Positions 37,026-47,606 of a DNA stretch of 64,000 nt are shown one piece after another. Numbering within the stretch: the stretch's first letter is position 1; every line of letters begins with the position of its first letter. The position numbers were made by a program, and so were the translations under genes. Source of the DNA: Candidatus Latescibacterota bacterium (lineage in GTDB: Bacteria; Latescibacterota; UBA2968; GCA-2709665); contig OZ220733.1 in the NCBI GenBank assembly GCA_965116875.1, positions 64,001-128,000 of the forward strand, in the 5' to 3' direction. The notes below the pieces were generated by a model. That model was not told the origin of the DNA and made no database searches. It saw nothing but the letters and a program-made list of their open reading frames with translations.

Positions 37026-37958
37026 TCAGTCCAGCGGCCGCCGTGCGAAGCCCAACCCGTCGGCAGCCTGCAGCACGCGTTCGTTCAGCCGGTCCGCGTG
37101 CAACAGTGTTTCGCGGTCCGGTGTCAACGCGAGGCTGCGCACCGTTGAATGTCTGATAATTCCCCTCGCGGCCAACAGCCGCTTCTCCACCACCAGGTAA
37201 AGCTCCATATCCTGAAGGGAGAAGACGATCTGCGCCAGGATCCCGTCGAACACGTCAAGCGCGCCGTCCACGTCGCCGGCCGACCCCAGCTCCCAGATCC
37301 GATTCATCAGATCCGCGTGCCCGAGCCCCGGCATCACGCCCGCAACGCCCCACTCGAACAGGTCAGGCATATACATGCCACCCCAGCCCTCCAGCACTGC
37401 GACCCCGTCATTCGTCTCCTCCCGAATGCCGCGAAGCTTGCGGCCCAGAAGCGGTTCCTCCAGTTTGATATACCTGAAATTGTCACAAGTTTCGCGAAGT
37501 TGACGACAGAAGGCGCCGTCGACGGTCGGCCCGCCCGGATTGAAATCCTGAATCAGGACCGGAACCTTCACCGCGTCACAGACGGTCCGGCAATAGCCCA
37601 GCAGATCCGCATCCGTCGTGCCGAACTGTCTCGGAATTGCGAAACTGATGACGTCGGCGCCGGCATCCACGTTGGCCCGCGCGAAGTTCGCCGCCTGCCG
37701 GGCCGAAGGGTGGTTCGACTGACCGACCACCGGAATTCTCCCGGCGGCGGACGACACCGCTGCGCGGACGACAGCAAGACGCTCGCGTCCCGACTGCTTG
37801 TAAAACTCGCTCGCGTATGCAGGCAGACAGACCGCCCCGATGCCGAACGCCACCGCCGCCTCCACCTGCCGTCCGATATCTTCAAATACGATCTCTTCCC
37901 GGACGTCGAATGGCGTTACAAGCACCGCCGCAACCCCCCGGATTTCTTCGAAGGACAT
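37026..37958 (-). CDS. Dihydrodipicolinate synthase family aldolase/dehydratase (not DapA)
   Basis: GVAAVLVTPF, AYASEF, AGRIPVV, YIKLE (Schiff-base Lys). Confidence 0.88.
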   Translation of the reverse strand: MSFEEIRGVAAVLVTPFDVREEIVFEDIGRQVEAAVAFGIGAVCLPAYASEFYKQSGRERLAVVRAAVSSAAGRIPVVGQSNHPSARQAANFARANVDAGADVISFAIPRQFGTTDADLLGYCRTVCDAVKVPVLIQDFNPGGPTVDGAFCRQLRETCDNFRYIKLEEPLLGRKLRGIREETNDGVAVLEGWGGMYMPDLFEWGVAGVMPGLGHADLMNRIWELGSAGDVDGALDVFDGILAQIVFSLQDMELYLVVEKRLLAARGIIRHSTVRSLALTPDRETLLHADRLNERVLQAADGLGFARRPLD

Positions 37959-38120
37959 GTCGAACCTCCACGAACTCTGTCAATGGGCGATCGCATCCTT
38001 CCACAGACGCCCCTCAGGGAACGGACAGGCTGTGGCGAGAGAGAACGAAGACCCGGTAACAACGCCGCGCGCCGGCCGCCGGTTGCAGGAAATCACGCCC
38101 CCGGCGCACGCCGCCAGCGG

Positions 38121-38149
38121 TTGACTCCGGCGCATGGATATGTTAAATT
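38121..38149 (+). promoter_or_regulatory. Sigma70-type promoter for relA/spoT
   Basis: TTGACT, 17 nt, TAAATT with a TGn extension. Confidence 0.6.
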
Positions 38150-38207
38150 GAAAGGCCCGATGGTATTCGCCAAGAGACGGCCCGGGGACGCGGGCCGATA
38201 CAATCCG

Positions 38208-40424
38208 ATGGAGGTCTCCGTGGCGCTGCTGACGGCCGGATCCGAATCCCACCCCGCCATCGAAGCCATTTTCGAATCTGAGTCGGCATTCCCCGATCTT
38301 CAGAACCTGCTCCGGGCTGCGATCGACGTCCGCCCGAACCAGAATCTGAACCTCATTGCCAAAGCCTACCACTTTGCCGAACTGGCTCATCGCAATCAGC
38401 AACGCAAATCGGGTGATCCCGCCATCTCCCATGCAGTGGCTGTGTGCCGCATCATTATCGACCTTGGCCTGGACTCTGCCACCATCGCGGCCGGCCTGCT
38501 GCACGACGTCGTCGACGAGACCCACGTTCCGCTCTCTCAGATCGAATCCCATTTCGGGCCCCAGATCGCAGGCCTCGTGGATGGCGTTTCCCGGATCAGG
38601 GATTTTTCGTTTCAGAGCCCCGAATCGGAACAGGCCGAAAATTTCCGCAAGATGCTGCTGTCAATGGCCCGCGACATCCGCGTGGTTCTGGTCAAACTGG
38701 CGGACCGCCTGCACAATATGCGCACCCTCAAGTATATGCGGCCCGCAAGCCAGGAACGCATGATCAGCGAAAGTCGCGACATCTACGCGCCCCTTGCCCA
38801 CCGGCTTGGCATGTCCCGAATGCGTGCGGAACTCGAAGATCTCAGCCTCAAGTGGCTGGAACCGAAAGCGTACCGGTATATCCAGGAAAAGATCAATCTG
38901 ACGCGCGAGGAGCGGGAGTCCTGCATCGAAGCCGTGCAGAAACCGCTTGCGGAAGCGCTCGAAGAGGCCGGAATTCAGGCCGAAATGACAGGCCGTTCAA
39001 AGAATTTCAGCAGTATTTACAAGAAAATGAACGTGCGCGGAAAAACCTTCGACGAAATCTACGATCTTCTTGCGCTTCGTATTCTGGTTGAAACCGTTCC
39101 GGAATGTTACAACGTTCTGGGCCTGGTGCACACGATGTATCCGCCGGTCATGGCCCGTTTCAAAGACTTCATCGCCACGCCCAAGAGCAACATGTACCAG
39201 TCGCTTCACACGACAATTGTGGGACCGAACGGCATGATGCTGGAGGTGCAGATCCGCACGCGGGAAATGCATCAGACGGCGGAGGTCGGGATCGCGGCCC
39301 ATTGGCTTTACAAGGAGGGCAAGCGCGGCCCGTCCGAAATGGACCGTCATATGGCCTGGCTGCGCAGCCTTCTGGAGTGGCAGCGTGAAACCAGCGATCC
39401 GCGGGAATTCCTGGATGACCTTAAGGTGGATCTCTTTCCGAACGAGATCTACGTCTTCACCCCCAAGGGCGACCTCATCCAGCTGCCGGAGGATGCCACG
39501 CCTCTGGACTTTGCATTTGCGGTGCACACCGACGTAGGGCTGCGATGTACCGGCAGCCGCGTGGACGACCGGATGGTCCCCCTGTCTACCCCGCTGCAAA
39601 CGGGCAGTACCGTCGAGGTAATGACTTCACCTCATCAGAGACCCAATCGTGACTGGCTCGATTTTGTCAAGAGCGCGAAAGCCCGCAGCCGAATCAAGCG
39701 GTGGTTACGCGAGGAAGCGTATTCTCAAAGCGTCCGGCTTGGCCAGGACATCCTGGATCGCGAACTCAAGAGACGGCGGAAACGGACCGCTGAAGACAAA
39801 CTCGAATCGGCCGCCGCACACTTCAATCTGCGGGACATCGAACATCTCTACGCCAGCCTGGGAAACGGGACCGTCTCACTGGAACGGGTGGTACATCAGA
39901 TCTTTCCCGCGGCCCGTCCCACTCCGAAACGACCGCGCGTGGAACCCAGGAAGCCGGTCCGAAAAAACCCGATCGTCATTCACAGTCTGAATCACCTGAT
40001 GATTCAGTTCGCCCGCTGCTGCCAGCCCATTTACGGTGACGTCGTTCTCGGCGTAATTACACGGGGGAAGGGCATCTCCGTGCACCGGCGGGACTGTCAC
40101 AACATTTCAAACCTGCCTGAAGGGCGCGACCGCCTGGTTGACGTGGACTGGAATTCCGAAGAAGAAACGACGTTCACGGTGCAGATTCGCGTCAGTGGCG
40201 CCGACCGCCCCAATTTCCTCCGCGACGTCAGCCACGCGATATCGGGCCTTGGCGTGCCTGTGATCGAGGGCATGCTGAACACCGACGGCGGCCATGTCGG
40301 CAACCGGTTCACCGTAGAGGTCAGAAACGTCGCACAGCTCCGCGAACTCAGAAAAAAAATCCTCTCCGTTCCCGGCGTCTCATCCGTTCAGCGCATAAAC
40401 GGAACATCCGACGACGTCTTGTAG
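38208..40424 (+). CDS. spoT: Bifunctional (p)ppGpp synthetase/hydrolase (long RSH)
   Basis: QRKSGDP, LLHDVVDET (HD), KLADRLHNMRTL, YQSLHT, EVQIRT, TGS (VFTPKG, DFAFAVH), CCQP, ACT domain; start trimmed to ATG 38208. Confidence 0.95.
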   Translation: MEVSVALLTAGSESHPAIEAIFESESAFPDLQNLLRAAIDVRPNQNLNLIAKAYHFAELAHRNQQRKSGDPAISHAVAVCRIIIDLGLDSATIAAGLLHDVVDETHVPLSQIESHFGPQIAGLVDGVSRIRDFSFQSPESEQAENFRKMLLSMARDIRVVLVKLADRLHNMRTLKYMRPASQERMISESRDIYAPLAHRLGMSRMRAELEDLSLKWLEPKAYRYIQEKINLTREERESCIEAVQKPLAEALEEAGIQAEMTGRSKNFSSIYKKMNVRGKTFDEIYDLLALRILVETVPECYNVLGLVHTMYPPVMARFKDFIATPKSNMYQSLHTTIVGPNGMMLEVQIRTREMHQTAEVGIAAHWLYKEGKRGPSEMDRHMAWLRSLLEWQRETSDPREFLDDLKVDLFPNEIYVFTPKGDLIQLPEDATPLDFAFAVHTDVGLRCTGSRVDDRMVPLSTPLQTGSTVEVMTSPHQRPNRDWLDFVKSAKARSRIKRWLREEAYSQSVRLGQDILDRELKRRRKRTAEDKLESAAAHFNLRDIEHLYASLGNGTVSLERVVHQIFPAARPTPKRPRVEPRKPVRKNPIVIHSLNHLMIQFARCCQPIYGDVVLGVITRGKGISVHRRDCHNISNLPEGRDRLVDVDWNSEEETTFTVQIRVSGADRPNFLRDVSHAISGLGVPVIEGMLNTDGGHVGNRFTVEVRNVAQLRELRKKILSVPGVSSVQRINGTSDDVL

Positions 40425-40504
40425 GTATCCGGGGAACGCGTCGTCAAACGGCGCCACGCAATATTCAGGACGTTCCTCCGTCTCCCATCGCACGGCGCCA
40501 ACCG

Positions 40505-43138
40505 TCACGTCCTCCCTTCCATCTCCTTTTTCCACCGATCCAGAGTAACCAGAGCCTCGAGCGGCGTGGTCTCGCCCAGGTCCAGATTGCGCAACTCGGT
40601 CAGCACCGGGTCTTCCGGAGGCAAGTTGAAAAGATTCATCTGTCCCGTGCCGATGGCCGCCTCACGACTCACCGAGGCCTGTGTTTTCCTCTCCGCCGGG
40701 GTCAGGTCTTTTTCTTCCAGCCTGCGCAACACTTCACGGGCTCTTGCAATCAGGTTTCGGGGCATTCCGGCAAGCCGCGCCACTTCAATGCCGTAACTGT
40801 GGTCGCACCCGCCGGCCACCAGCCGGTGCAGAAACGTCACGTTGTCGCCTTCCTTCCTGACCGCCACGCTGTAGTTCTTCACTCTTGCGAGCGATTCCTC
40901 GAGTTCCGTCAATTCATGATAGTGCGTGGCGAACAGCGTGCGTGGTTGTATGGACGCCGTGTTGTGCAGGTATTCCGTCATGGCCCAGGCAATGCTGAGC
41001 CCGTCGAACGTACTGGTGCCGCGGCCGATTTCATCCAGAAGCACCAGGCTTCTGGGGCTGGCGTTGTTCAGTATGTTTGCGGCTTCGTTCATCTCCACAA
41101 GAAACGTGGATTCCCCCCTGGCCAGATTATCGGACGCGCCCACTCGTGTGAAAATCCGGTCCACCACGCCGACACGCGCCGCCCTCGCAGGAACAAAGCT
41201 GCCCAGTTGGGCCAGCAGCACGATCAGTCCGATCTGCCTCAATATCGTGGACTTCCCGGCCATATTGGGACCGGTAATGATCAGCACCTGTTCGCGTTCG
41301 GCATCCACGAAGAAATCGTTGGGCACAAACTTGCCCGCCGGCAACAACCCTTCAACAACGGGATGACGCCCCTCCCGAATTTCGATACCCGTGGATTCAT
41401 CCACTTCCGGACGGACGTAGTCGTTGTCTGCAGCCACCTCTGCCAGACAGGCCAACACGTCAACCACGGCCACGGTGCGCGCCGTGCGCTGCACCTCGTC
41501 CACCCAGGCCTCAACTTCACCCCTGAGTTGCTGAAACAGCTCTTTCTCAAGTTCTTTCGCCCGCTCGTCGGCGCCAAGGATCTTCGCTTCCCACTCTTTC
41601 AGCGCAGGGGTAATGAAGCGCTCCGCGTTCACCAGGGTCTGCTTGCGCAGGTAGTCGTCCGGAGCCTTGTCCATATTCGCCTTCGTGATTTCGATATAGT
41701 ACCCGAAAGCCTTGTTGTATCCGACCTTGAGCGACGGAATGCCGGTACGCTCCCTCTCTCTCGCCTGCAATTCAGCCACCCACCGGCGTCCTCCCGACGC
41801 CGCGTCGCGAAGCTCGTCGAGTTCCGCGCGATGGCCCTCCCTGATGATGCCCCCGTCACTCAACTGGAACGGCGGCTCGTCCACAACCGTGCGGCGGATC
41901 AGCTCGATCAGTTCGCCCAATTCCGGCAACCCGTGACATCTCGCTCTTACCAGCAGTTCCGAATCGGCCTCATCCAGCGCGCCCCGCAGGCCCGGTACGG
42001 CCTGAAGCGACGTCCTGAGCGCCACGAGGTCCCTGGGGCTGCAACGTCCGCAGCAGATGCGTGACATCAACCGCTCGAGGTCCCCGACATGCTTCAGGGC
42101 CTCACGGACCGACTCGCGACGGACAGGATGACGGACGAGATCCTCCACGGCGTCCTGCCTGGATTCGATTCTCGATATATCCAGCAGCGGCTGAGAAAGC
42201 CACGCCCGCAGCGTCCGCGCTCCCATGGCGGTGCAGGTTCGGTCCAGCAGGGACAGCAGCGTCCCTTCCCGCCGGCCTTCCTGTATAGACGTGATCAGTT
42301 CCAGGTTCCGCTGGGTTACCAGATCGAGGCCCATGCACGCACTGTCGGACTCCTGTGACAGACGCGTGATGTGCGAGACCGCACCCTTCTGGTTCTGCTT
42401 CAGATATGCAAGCACCGCACCGGCCGCGCTGACGCCCACCGTCAGCCGGTCGCAGCCGAATCCCTTTAACGAGTTGACCCGGAAGTGTTCCAGAAGCAAA
42501 TCGTGCGCATACGCGAATCCGAAATGCCATTCTTCCGCCCGAACGACGAGCGTTCCCGGCATCCGCCGCGTGATCTCAACCTCATGGGCATCGACCCATG
42601 ACTCGGGGGCAAGCACTTCGGCGGGGCTGATCCGCTCCAGGAGATCCCACAGTTCGTCCACGTCCTTCTCCATGGTGCGGAAATCACCGGTGGACAGATC
42701 CGTTACCGCGGCGCCCAGCCGGTCCGATTCCACCCAGAGACCCAGCAGGTAGTTGTTTCGGTTCTGATCGAGCAGGTTATCCGAGAGTGCGGTACCTGGA
42801 GAAACGACCTGGACGACTTCGCGCCGCACGACCGCCTTGCCCTTCTGCGGCGCCTCCATCTGCTCGCAGATGGCGACTTTGCGACCGGCCTTGATCAATC
42901 TCGCCAGGTAGGTATCGAGTGCGTGATGAGGCACGCCCGCCATCGGCACGCTTTCGCCTCCCCTGCCGTTGTTGCGGGACGTTAATGCCAGCCCGAGAAG
43001 ACCGGAGACCTCCTTGGCGTCGTCGTAGAACGTCTCATAGAAGTCGCCCATTCGGAAAAGCAGTACGGCGTCTCTGTGTTCGTCCTTGAAACGCAGGTAC
43101 TGTTCCATTGCGGGCGTGACGTCTCTTGGCCGTGCCAT
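40505..43138 (-). CDS. mutS: DNA mismatch repair protein MutS
   Basis: TPAMEQY, FRMGDFYE, TGPNMAGKST, DEIGRGTST, SYGIEVA. Confidence 0.97.
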   Translation of the reverse strand: MARPRDVTPAMEQYLRFKDEHRDAVLLFRMGDFYETFYDDAKEVSGLLGLALTSRNNGRGGESVPMAGVPHHALDTYLARLIKAGRKVAICEQMEAPQKGKAVVRREVVQVVSPGTALSDNLLDQNRNNYLLGLWVESDRLGAAVTDLSTGDFRTMEKDVDELWDLLERISPAEVLAPESWVDAHEVEITRRMPGTLVVRAEEWHFGFAYAHDLLLEHFRVNSLKGFGCDRLTVGVSAAGAVLAYLKQNQKGAVSHITRLSQESDSACMGLDLVTQRNLELITSIQEGRREGTLLSLLDRTCTAMGARTLRAWLSQPLLDISRIESRQDAVEDLVRHPVRRESVREALKHVGDLERLMSRICCGRCSPRDLVALRTSLQAVPGLRGALDEADSELLVRARCHGLPELGELIELIRRTVVDEPPFQLSDGGIIREGHRAELDELRDAASGGRRWVAELQARERERTGIPSLKVGYNKAFGYYIEITKANMDKAPDDYLRKQTLVNAERFITPALKEWEAKILGADERAKELEKELFQQLRGEVEAWVDEVQRTARTVAVVDVLACLAEVAADNDYVRPEVDESTGIEIREGRHPVVEGLLPAGKFVPNDFFVDAEREQVLIITGPNMAGKSTILRQIGLIVLLAQLGSFVPARAARVGVVDRIFTRVGASDNLARGESTFLVEMNEAANILNNASPRSLVLLDEIGRGTSTFDGLSIAWAMTEYLHNTASIQPRTLFATHYHELTELEESLARVKNYSVAVRKEGDNVTFLHRLVAGGCDHSYGIEVARLAGMPRNLIARAREVLRRLEEKDLTPAERKTQASVSREAAIGTGQMNLFNLPPEDPVLTELRNLDLGETTPLEALVTLDRWKKEMEGRT

Positions 43139-43148
43139 CTGAACTTCC

Positions 43149-44054
43149 CTAGTCTCGTTCAACGATTGCGCTATGCGCCGCCCCGGCCTCCTTCTTCACG
43201 CGGGGCATCTGCATTTCGGCTGAAGTCCGGTCGGGAAACGGTCCGACCAGCAGGACCCGCATGCCGGCGACCTTCGCCGCCTCTTCCCGAACCGGAAGTC
43301 CCGCCTGAGCCAGCCGACCGGAAAGACGGCGCAGGTTCTCTCCGACTCCGAAAACACCCACGCGCACCCATATCCTGCGTGCCGGCTTCCTTCCTTTCAA
43401 ACGTTCGTTGAGTTCCGCCAGCCGCGTCGAGATGACAGGCGGAGGTCTGCCTGCGGCGAGGGCGCCTGCTTCGCGCTCCGCTTCCCGGGTCCGCCCGGCC
43501 ATCACCAGCGCCTCTATCCGGCCCAGGCGGGCATGAAGGGCGATTTCTGAACGGGGGTCGGCATCGAGTACGTTCTGAAAAACGACGAGCGCAGAGTCCG
43601 GCCGCCGGGTGTTCAGGTAAACGCACCCCAACCGGTGCCGCGACAGAGACGCAAGAGGACTGCTCCGGTATTCGTTCAGCAGCCGTTTGTAGCGGTCCGC
43701 CGCGCGAAAATATCGCCCCGACGGCCCGGCATAGTCCGCTTCCGCCAGCTCAAACAACGCGTCGTCCGCGAGTTCGTGCCCGGGGTGGGATTTCAGCAGG
43801 CGCTTGAAATACTCGCGTGATTTCGCTCCCTCGCGGGTCAGACGTCCCAGATAATACAGTGCCACCGGATTATCGGGCTCGGCATTCAGCGCGCGAGTGA
43901 ACACCGCTTTCGCCCGGTCGAACTGCCCGTCCCGGAACAGCGCGACCGGATCCGCGGTCTCCGAACGCAGGGAGATTGCCGGCAGACCCAGAAAAATGAG
44001 GAAACTGATGCGCCGGATGCGAATCAATGTCAACTTGCGCCTGTGGGTACACAT
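43149..44054 (-). CDS. Exported TPR protein with a C-terminal SPOR domain
   Basis: Signal-like N-terminus, TPR helices, C-terminal VRVGVF...VLLVGPFPDRTSA; start uncertain. Confidence 0.75.
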   Translation of the reverse strand: MCTHRRKLTLIRIRRISFLIFLGLPAISLRSETADPVALFRDGQFDRAKAVFTRALNAEPDNPVALYYLGRLTREGAKSREYFKRLLKSHPGHELADDALFELAEADYAGPSGRYFRAADRYKRLLNEYRSSPLASLSRHRLGCVYLNTRRPDSALVVFQNVLDADPRSEIALHARLGRIEALVMAGRTREAEREAGALAAGRPPPVISTRLAELNERLKGRKPARRIWVRVGVFGVGENLRRLSGRLAQAGLPVREEAAKVAGMRVLLVGPFPDRTSAEMQMPRVKKEAGAAHSAIVERD

Positions 44055-45412
44055 ACAGATGAGACGTGTGGGCGGACCTCAGGATTGACGTCCGTCATTC
44101 GACCGACGACCCGACCGGGCCGTACGTCGGTCAGCCGCACGGGCGCGACAGAATTCTTCGCGCTGTCGGGCCCCGGGGCGAAGACGCGAATGTAATTGTC
44201 GGTAACGCCCTGCAGGTATCCCGTTTCCGGCTCGCGCCTGTCTTCAAAGAGCACGTTCAGGGTCCGCCCCTCAAACCGGCGGTTGAAGGCCTCTGTTTTC
44301 CGCTCGCCAAGACGCCTGAGCAGTGCGCCTCGCCGCTTCTTGACGTCCGCTTCCACTTCCCCGCCCATTTTCGCCGCAAACGTGCCGGCCCGTGGTGAAA
44401 AGGGAAACACATGCAGGAATGCGAGGGGACCCTTGTCAATCAGATCGAACGTATTGGCGAACGCCTCATCGGTTTCTCCGGGAAACCCCACCATCACATC
44501 CGCGCCCAGGCCGATTTCGGGCACCCTTTCAGCCAGCGTCTCGATCAGCGAGAGGTAGTGCGCACGCGTATACGGCCTGCGCATTGCTGCCAGAATCCCG
44601 TCGTCGCCGCTCTGGAGCGGTATATGCAGGTGCCTGCAGAACCTGGACGACGACGAGAAGAAATCGACCATTGCATCGCTGATGAACGACGCTTCGATCG
44701 AACTCACACGAAACCGCCGCAGGCCCTCGATTCGCTCAATGCCCTCGAACAGATCGAGCAGACCGTGTCCGTCCAGGTCCGCGCCGTAGTCTCCAATGTG
44801 TACGCCCGCAAGGACGACCTCCTGATAACCGGCGTCAACCAGCCTCCGCACCTGGTCCAGGCAGCTGTGCAGACTGCGGCTGCGGCTCCGACCTCGTGCA
44901 AACGGAATGACGCAGAAGGAACAGAACTCGTTGCAACCCTCCTGTATCTTCACGAAGGCGCGCGCCCTTCCGCCGAAATTGAAGATATCCATCTCCTGAA
45001 ATTCAGCCGTTCTACGCCGGGTCACGTAACTTCGTCCGATGGAACACGTATCGTTGATCAGATCGAGCAGCCGGGTCTTCTCAGCCGTACCGACGACGAG
45101 ATCGACTTCGGGCATTCCGATCAGCACGTCGGGATCGGTTTGGGCGTAACATCCCATGGCCACGACCGTACCCTCGGGAGATATCCGATGCGCCCGACGC
45201 AACATCTGCCGTGACTGGGCCGCGCCCTGTCCCGTCACCGTGCAGGTGTTCACAACCGTCACGTCCGCCGGACGTCCGAACGCGACCTCACGGTACCCCT
45301 CGTGTCTGAATTGCTCGCGGTACCATTCCGTATCGTACGTATTCAACTTGCAGCCGAGCGTATAAAACGATACGGTTCTGACGTTTCCGTTCATCCCGCC
45401 ATTTCCTCGCAT
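44030..45412 (-). CDS. mtaB: tRNA t6A37 methylthiotransferase
   Basis: TLGCKLN, VNTCTVT, GCYAQ, CNEFCSFC radical-SAM motif, FPFSPRAGT. Confidence 0.92.
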   Translation of the reverse strand: MRGNGGMNGNVRTVSFYTLGCKLNTYDTEWYREQFRHEGYREVAFGRPADVTVVNTCTVTGQGAAQSRQMLRRAHRISPEGTVVAMGCYAQTDPDVLIGMPEVDLVVGTAEKTRLLDLINDTCSIGRSYVTRRRTAEFQEMDIFNFGGRARAFVKIQEGCNEFCSFCVIPFARGRSRSRSLHSCLDQVRRLVDAGYQEVVLAGVHIGDYGADLDGHGLLDLFEGIERIEGLRRFRVSSIEASFISDAMVDFFSSSSRFCRHLHIPLQSGDDGILAAMRRPYTRAHYLSLIETLAERVPEIGLGADVMVGFPGETDEAFANTFDLIDKGPLAFLHVFPFSPRAGTFAAKMGGEVEADVKKRRGALLRRLGERKTEAFNRRFEGRTLNVLFEDRREPETGYLQGVTDNYIRVFAPGPDSAKNSVAPVRLTDVRPGRVVGRMTDVNPEVRPHVSSVCVPTGAS

Positions 45413-45512
45413 TCAAGGCGCTGCTTTTCCGGAATCTGCAAACTCCATACAACAAAGAGTTGAGGACAATGCCTCAACTCTCTGTCTCGAGCGAAACCGC
45501 TGTCCGATGGTC

Positions 45513-47501
45513 CTATGCTTCCGGTTTTGGCGCAGCCTCCGTCTCGTCGCCGTTACCGGCTTTTTTCTGAGCAGGCGGACCGTCTTCGCCGGGTACGTCG
45601 CCGGTCGATTCGGCATCCGTTTCTTCACCGGACCCTTCGGCACTGGCTTCGGGCTGTGGCGCCGGCTCCGCAGCCCCGGTCGATCCGGCCTCCTCCCCTT
45701 CGGCGGACGCTTCGGCGCCGGCTTCGGGCTTCGGTGCAGGCTCCGCGTCCCCGGTCGATTCAGCCGCATCGCCAACCACGTCGCCTACGGTGACCGGCTT
45801 CGGCCGGTGGCTTTCGATGTAAGCGTCAATCTCGGCCTGTTCGGCGTCGCGCAGATATTCCTTGACGCTCAAGACGATCTTGCGCTGCTCTTCATCGAAT
45901 TCGACGACCTTGAGGGGTAACTCGTCCTGTTCCGAGAAATGCGTTTGAGGGGTCTGCAGATCCGACAGTCCCAGCTGCGAGACCGGAATGAATCCCTCCA
46001 CGTCTCCGTCCAGGTCGACGACGACCCCGCGCTCCAGCAGCCGGGATATCCTCCCATCCGTCGTTTTGCCCACAGCGTAACGGACGGCCAGTTCGGGCCA
46101 GGGGTTCTCAATGGTCTGCTTGTGCCCCAGGGAGATGCGGCGACGTTTCTTGTCTATATTGAGCACGACCACGTCGATCTGCTCACCCTTCTTGACGACG
46201 TCGCTGGGATGGCGCACCCGCCGCGTCCAGGACATATCGGAAATATGGACCAGCCCGTCGATTCCCTCTTCGATTTCCACAAACGCGCCGAAATTGACCA
46301 GGTTTCGAACCAGGCCTGCAAGACGCGTACCCACGGGATACTTCTCGTCCAGCGAAAGCCAGGGGTCGTCGGTTGTCTGCTTCATGCCAAGCGAGATCTT
46401 CTGGCCCTCTTTGTCCACGTTCAGAATGACAACCTTCAACTGGTCGCCAATTGAGACAAGCTTGGACGGATGCCGGATGTGCTGCGTCCAGGACATCTCG
46501 GAGATGTGGACGAGACCCTCCACGCCCTGTTCCAGTTCCACGAAAGCTCCGTAATCCGTGATACTGACCACTTTGCCGTCCACGCGGTCTCCAACGGGAA
46601 ACTTCTCCTCGATATTCTCCCAGGGATGGGGCATCAGCTGTTTCATGCCCAGTGAAATCCGCTCGCGTTCTTCGTCGTAATTGAGCACTTTGACCTGGAC
46701 ATCGTCGCCAATGGACAACACCTCGGACGGGTGTCCGATCCGGCCCCATGAGATATCGGTAATGTGCAACAGACCGTCCAGACCACCGAGGTCGATAAAT
46801 GCGCCAAAATCCGTGATATTCTTTACCGCTCCCTCGCGGATCTGGCCGACTTCCAGCGTCTGAAGAATCTGTTTGCGCAGACGCTCCCTCTCGGCTTCCA
46901 GCACGACCCGTCTGGAAACGACGATATTGCGACGGTTCTTGTTGAGTTTGATGATCCGGAAGGGAAAAACCTCGCCAATGAACTGATCGAAATTCTTCAC
47001 CTGTTTGATATCGATCTGAGACCCCGGCAGGAACGCGTCAACTCCGAACAGATCCACGACAATACCGCCCTTGATCCGCCGCACCAGCCGACCCTCGACG
47101 ATCTGATCGCTGTCGTAGGCGTCCTTGATGCGGTCCCACACCCGCATGAAGTCAGCCTTCTGTTTGGACAGCACAATCTGTCCTTCCTGATCTTCCACGT
47201 CTTCCAGGTACACCTCTATTTCCTGTCCCACCTCGACTTCTGACGGATCGGCAAATTCGGCAAGTGGTATGGCGCCCTCGGACTTGAAACCGATATCGAC
47301 CACAACTGTATTATCCGCGACGGCCAGAACGGTCCCGGAGACAATTTCACCTTCGGAGATATTGCTCATTGTATCTTCGTACAGACTCATCATCGAGGCG
47401 AATTCCTCTTCCGAGTATTCGCGCTCGTCCAATGCATCCAGCGCCTCTGCGCTGGATGCCTGCGAGACGGGATGGCTTGCGGTGTTGTTTTCTTCCGACA
47501 T
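45513..47501 (-). CDS. rpsA: 30S ribosomal protein S1 with an acidic C-terminal tail
   Basis: Six S1 repeats (FGAFIDLGGLDGLLHITDISW and similar). Confidence 0.97.
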   Translation of the reverse strand: MSEENNTASHPVSQASSAEALDALDEREYSEEEFASMMSLYEDTMSNISEGEIVSGTVLAVADNTVVVDIGFKSEGAIPLAEFADPSEVEVGQEIEVYLEDVEDQEGQIVLSKQKADFMRVWDRIKDAYDSDQIVEGRLVRRIKGGIVVDLFGVDAFLPGSQIDIKQVKNFDQFIGEVFPFRIIKLNKNRRNIVVSRRVVLEAERERLRKQILQTLEVGQIREGAVKNITDFGAFIDLGGLDGLLHITDISWGRIGHPSEVLSIGDDVQVKVLNYDEERERISLGMKQLMPHPWENIEEKFPVGDRVDGKVVSITDYGAFVELEQGVEGLVHISEMSWTQHIRHPSKLVSIGDQLKVVILNVDKEGQKISLGMKQTTDDPWLSLDEKYPVGTRLAGLVRNLVNFGAFVEIEEGIDGLVHISDMSWTRRVRHPSDVVKKGEQIDVVVLNIDKKRRRISLGHKQTIENPWPELAVRYAVGKTTDGRISRLLERGVVVDLDGDVEGFIPVSQLGLSDLQTPQTHFSEQDELPLKVVEFDEEQRKIVLSVKEYLRDAEQAEIDAYIESHRPKPVTVGDVVGDAAESTGDAEPAPKPEAGAEASAEGEEAGSTGAAEPAPQPEASAEGSGEETDAESTGDVPGEDGPPAQKKAGNGDETEAAPKPEA

Positions 47502-47606
47502 GATACTGCGACCTCCTTGGCCGTTCCGCGAAAGGCCGTTGCCCCGGACGTGCGGTTCGGCGCAAAAATGCAGGGAAAAGACGGAGACCGGTTCTCCGCA
47601 GGGACC

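Noticed and set aside
37149-38207. Apparent 350-aa N-terminal extension of RelA/SpoT
   Set aside because: Antisense to the DHDPS-family gene, and a promoter at 38121-38149 lies inside it.
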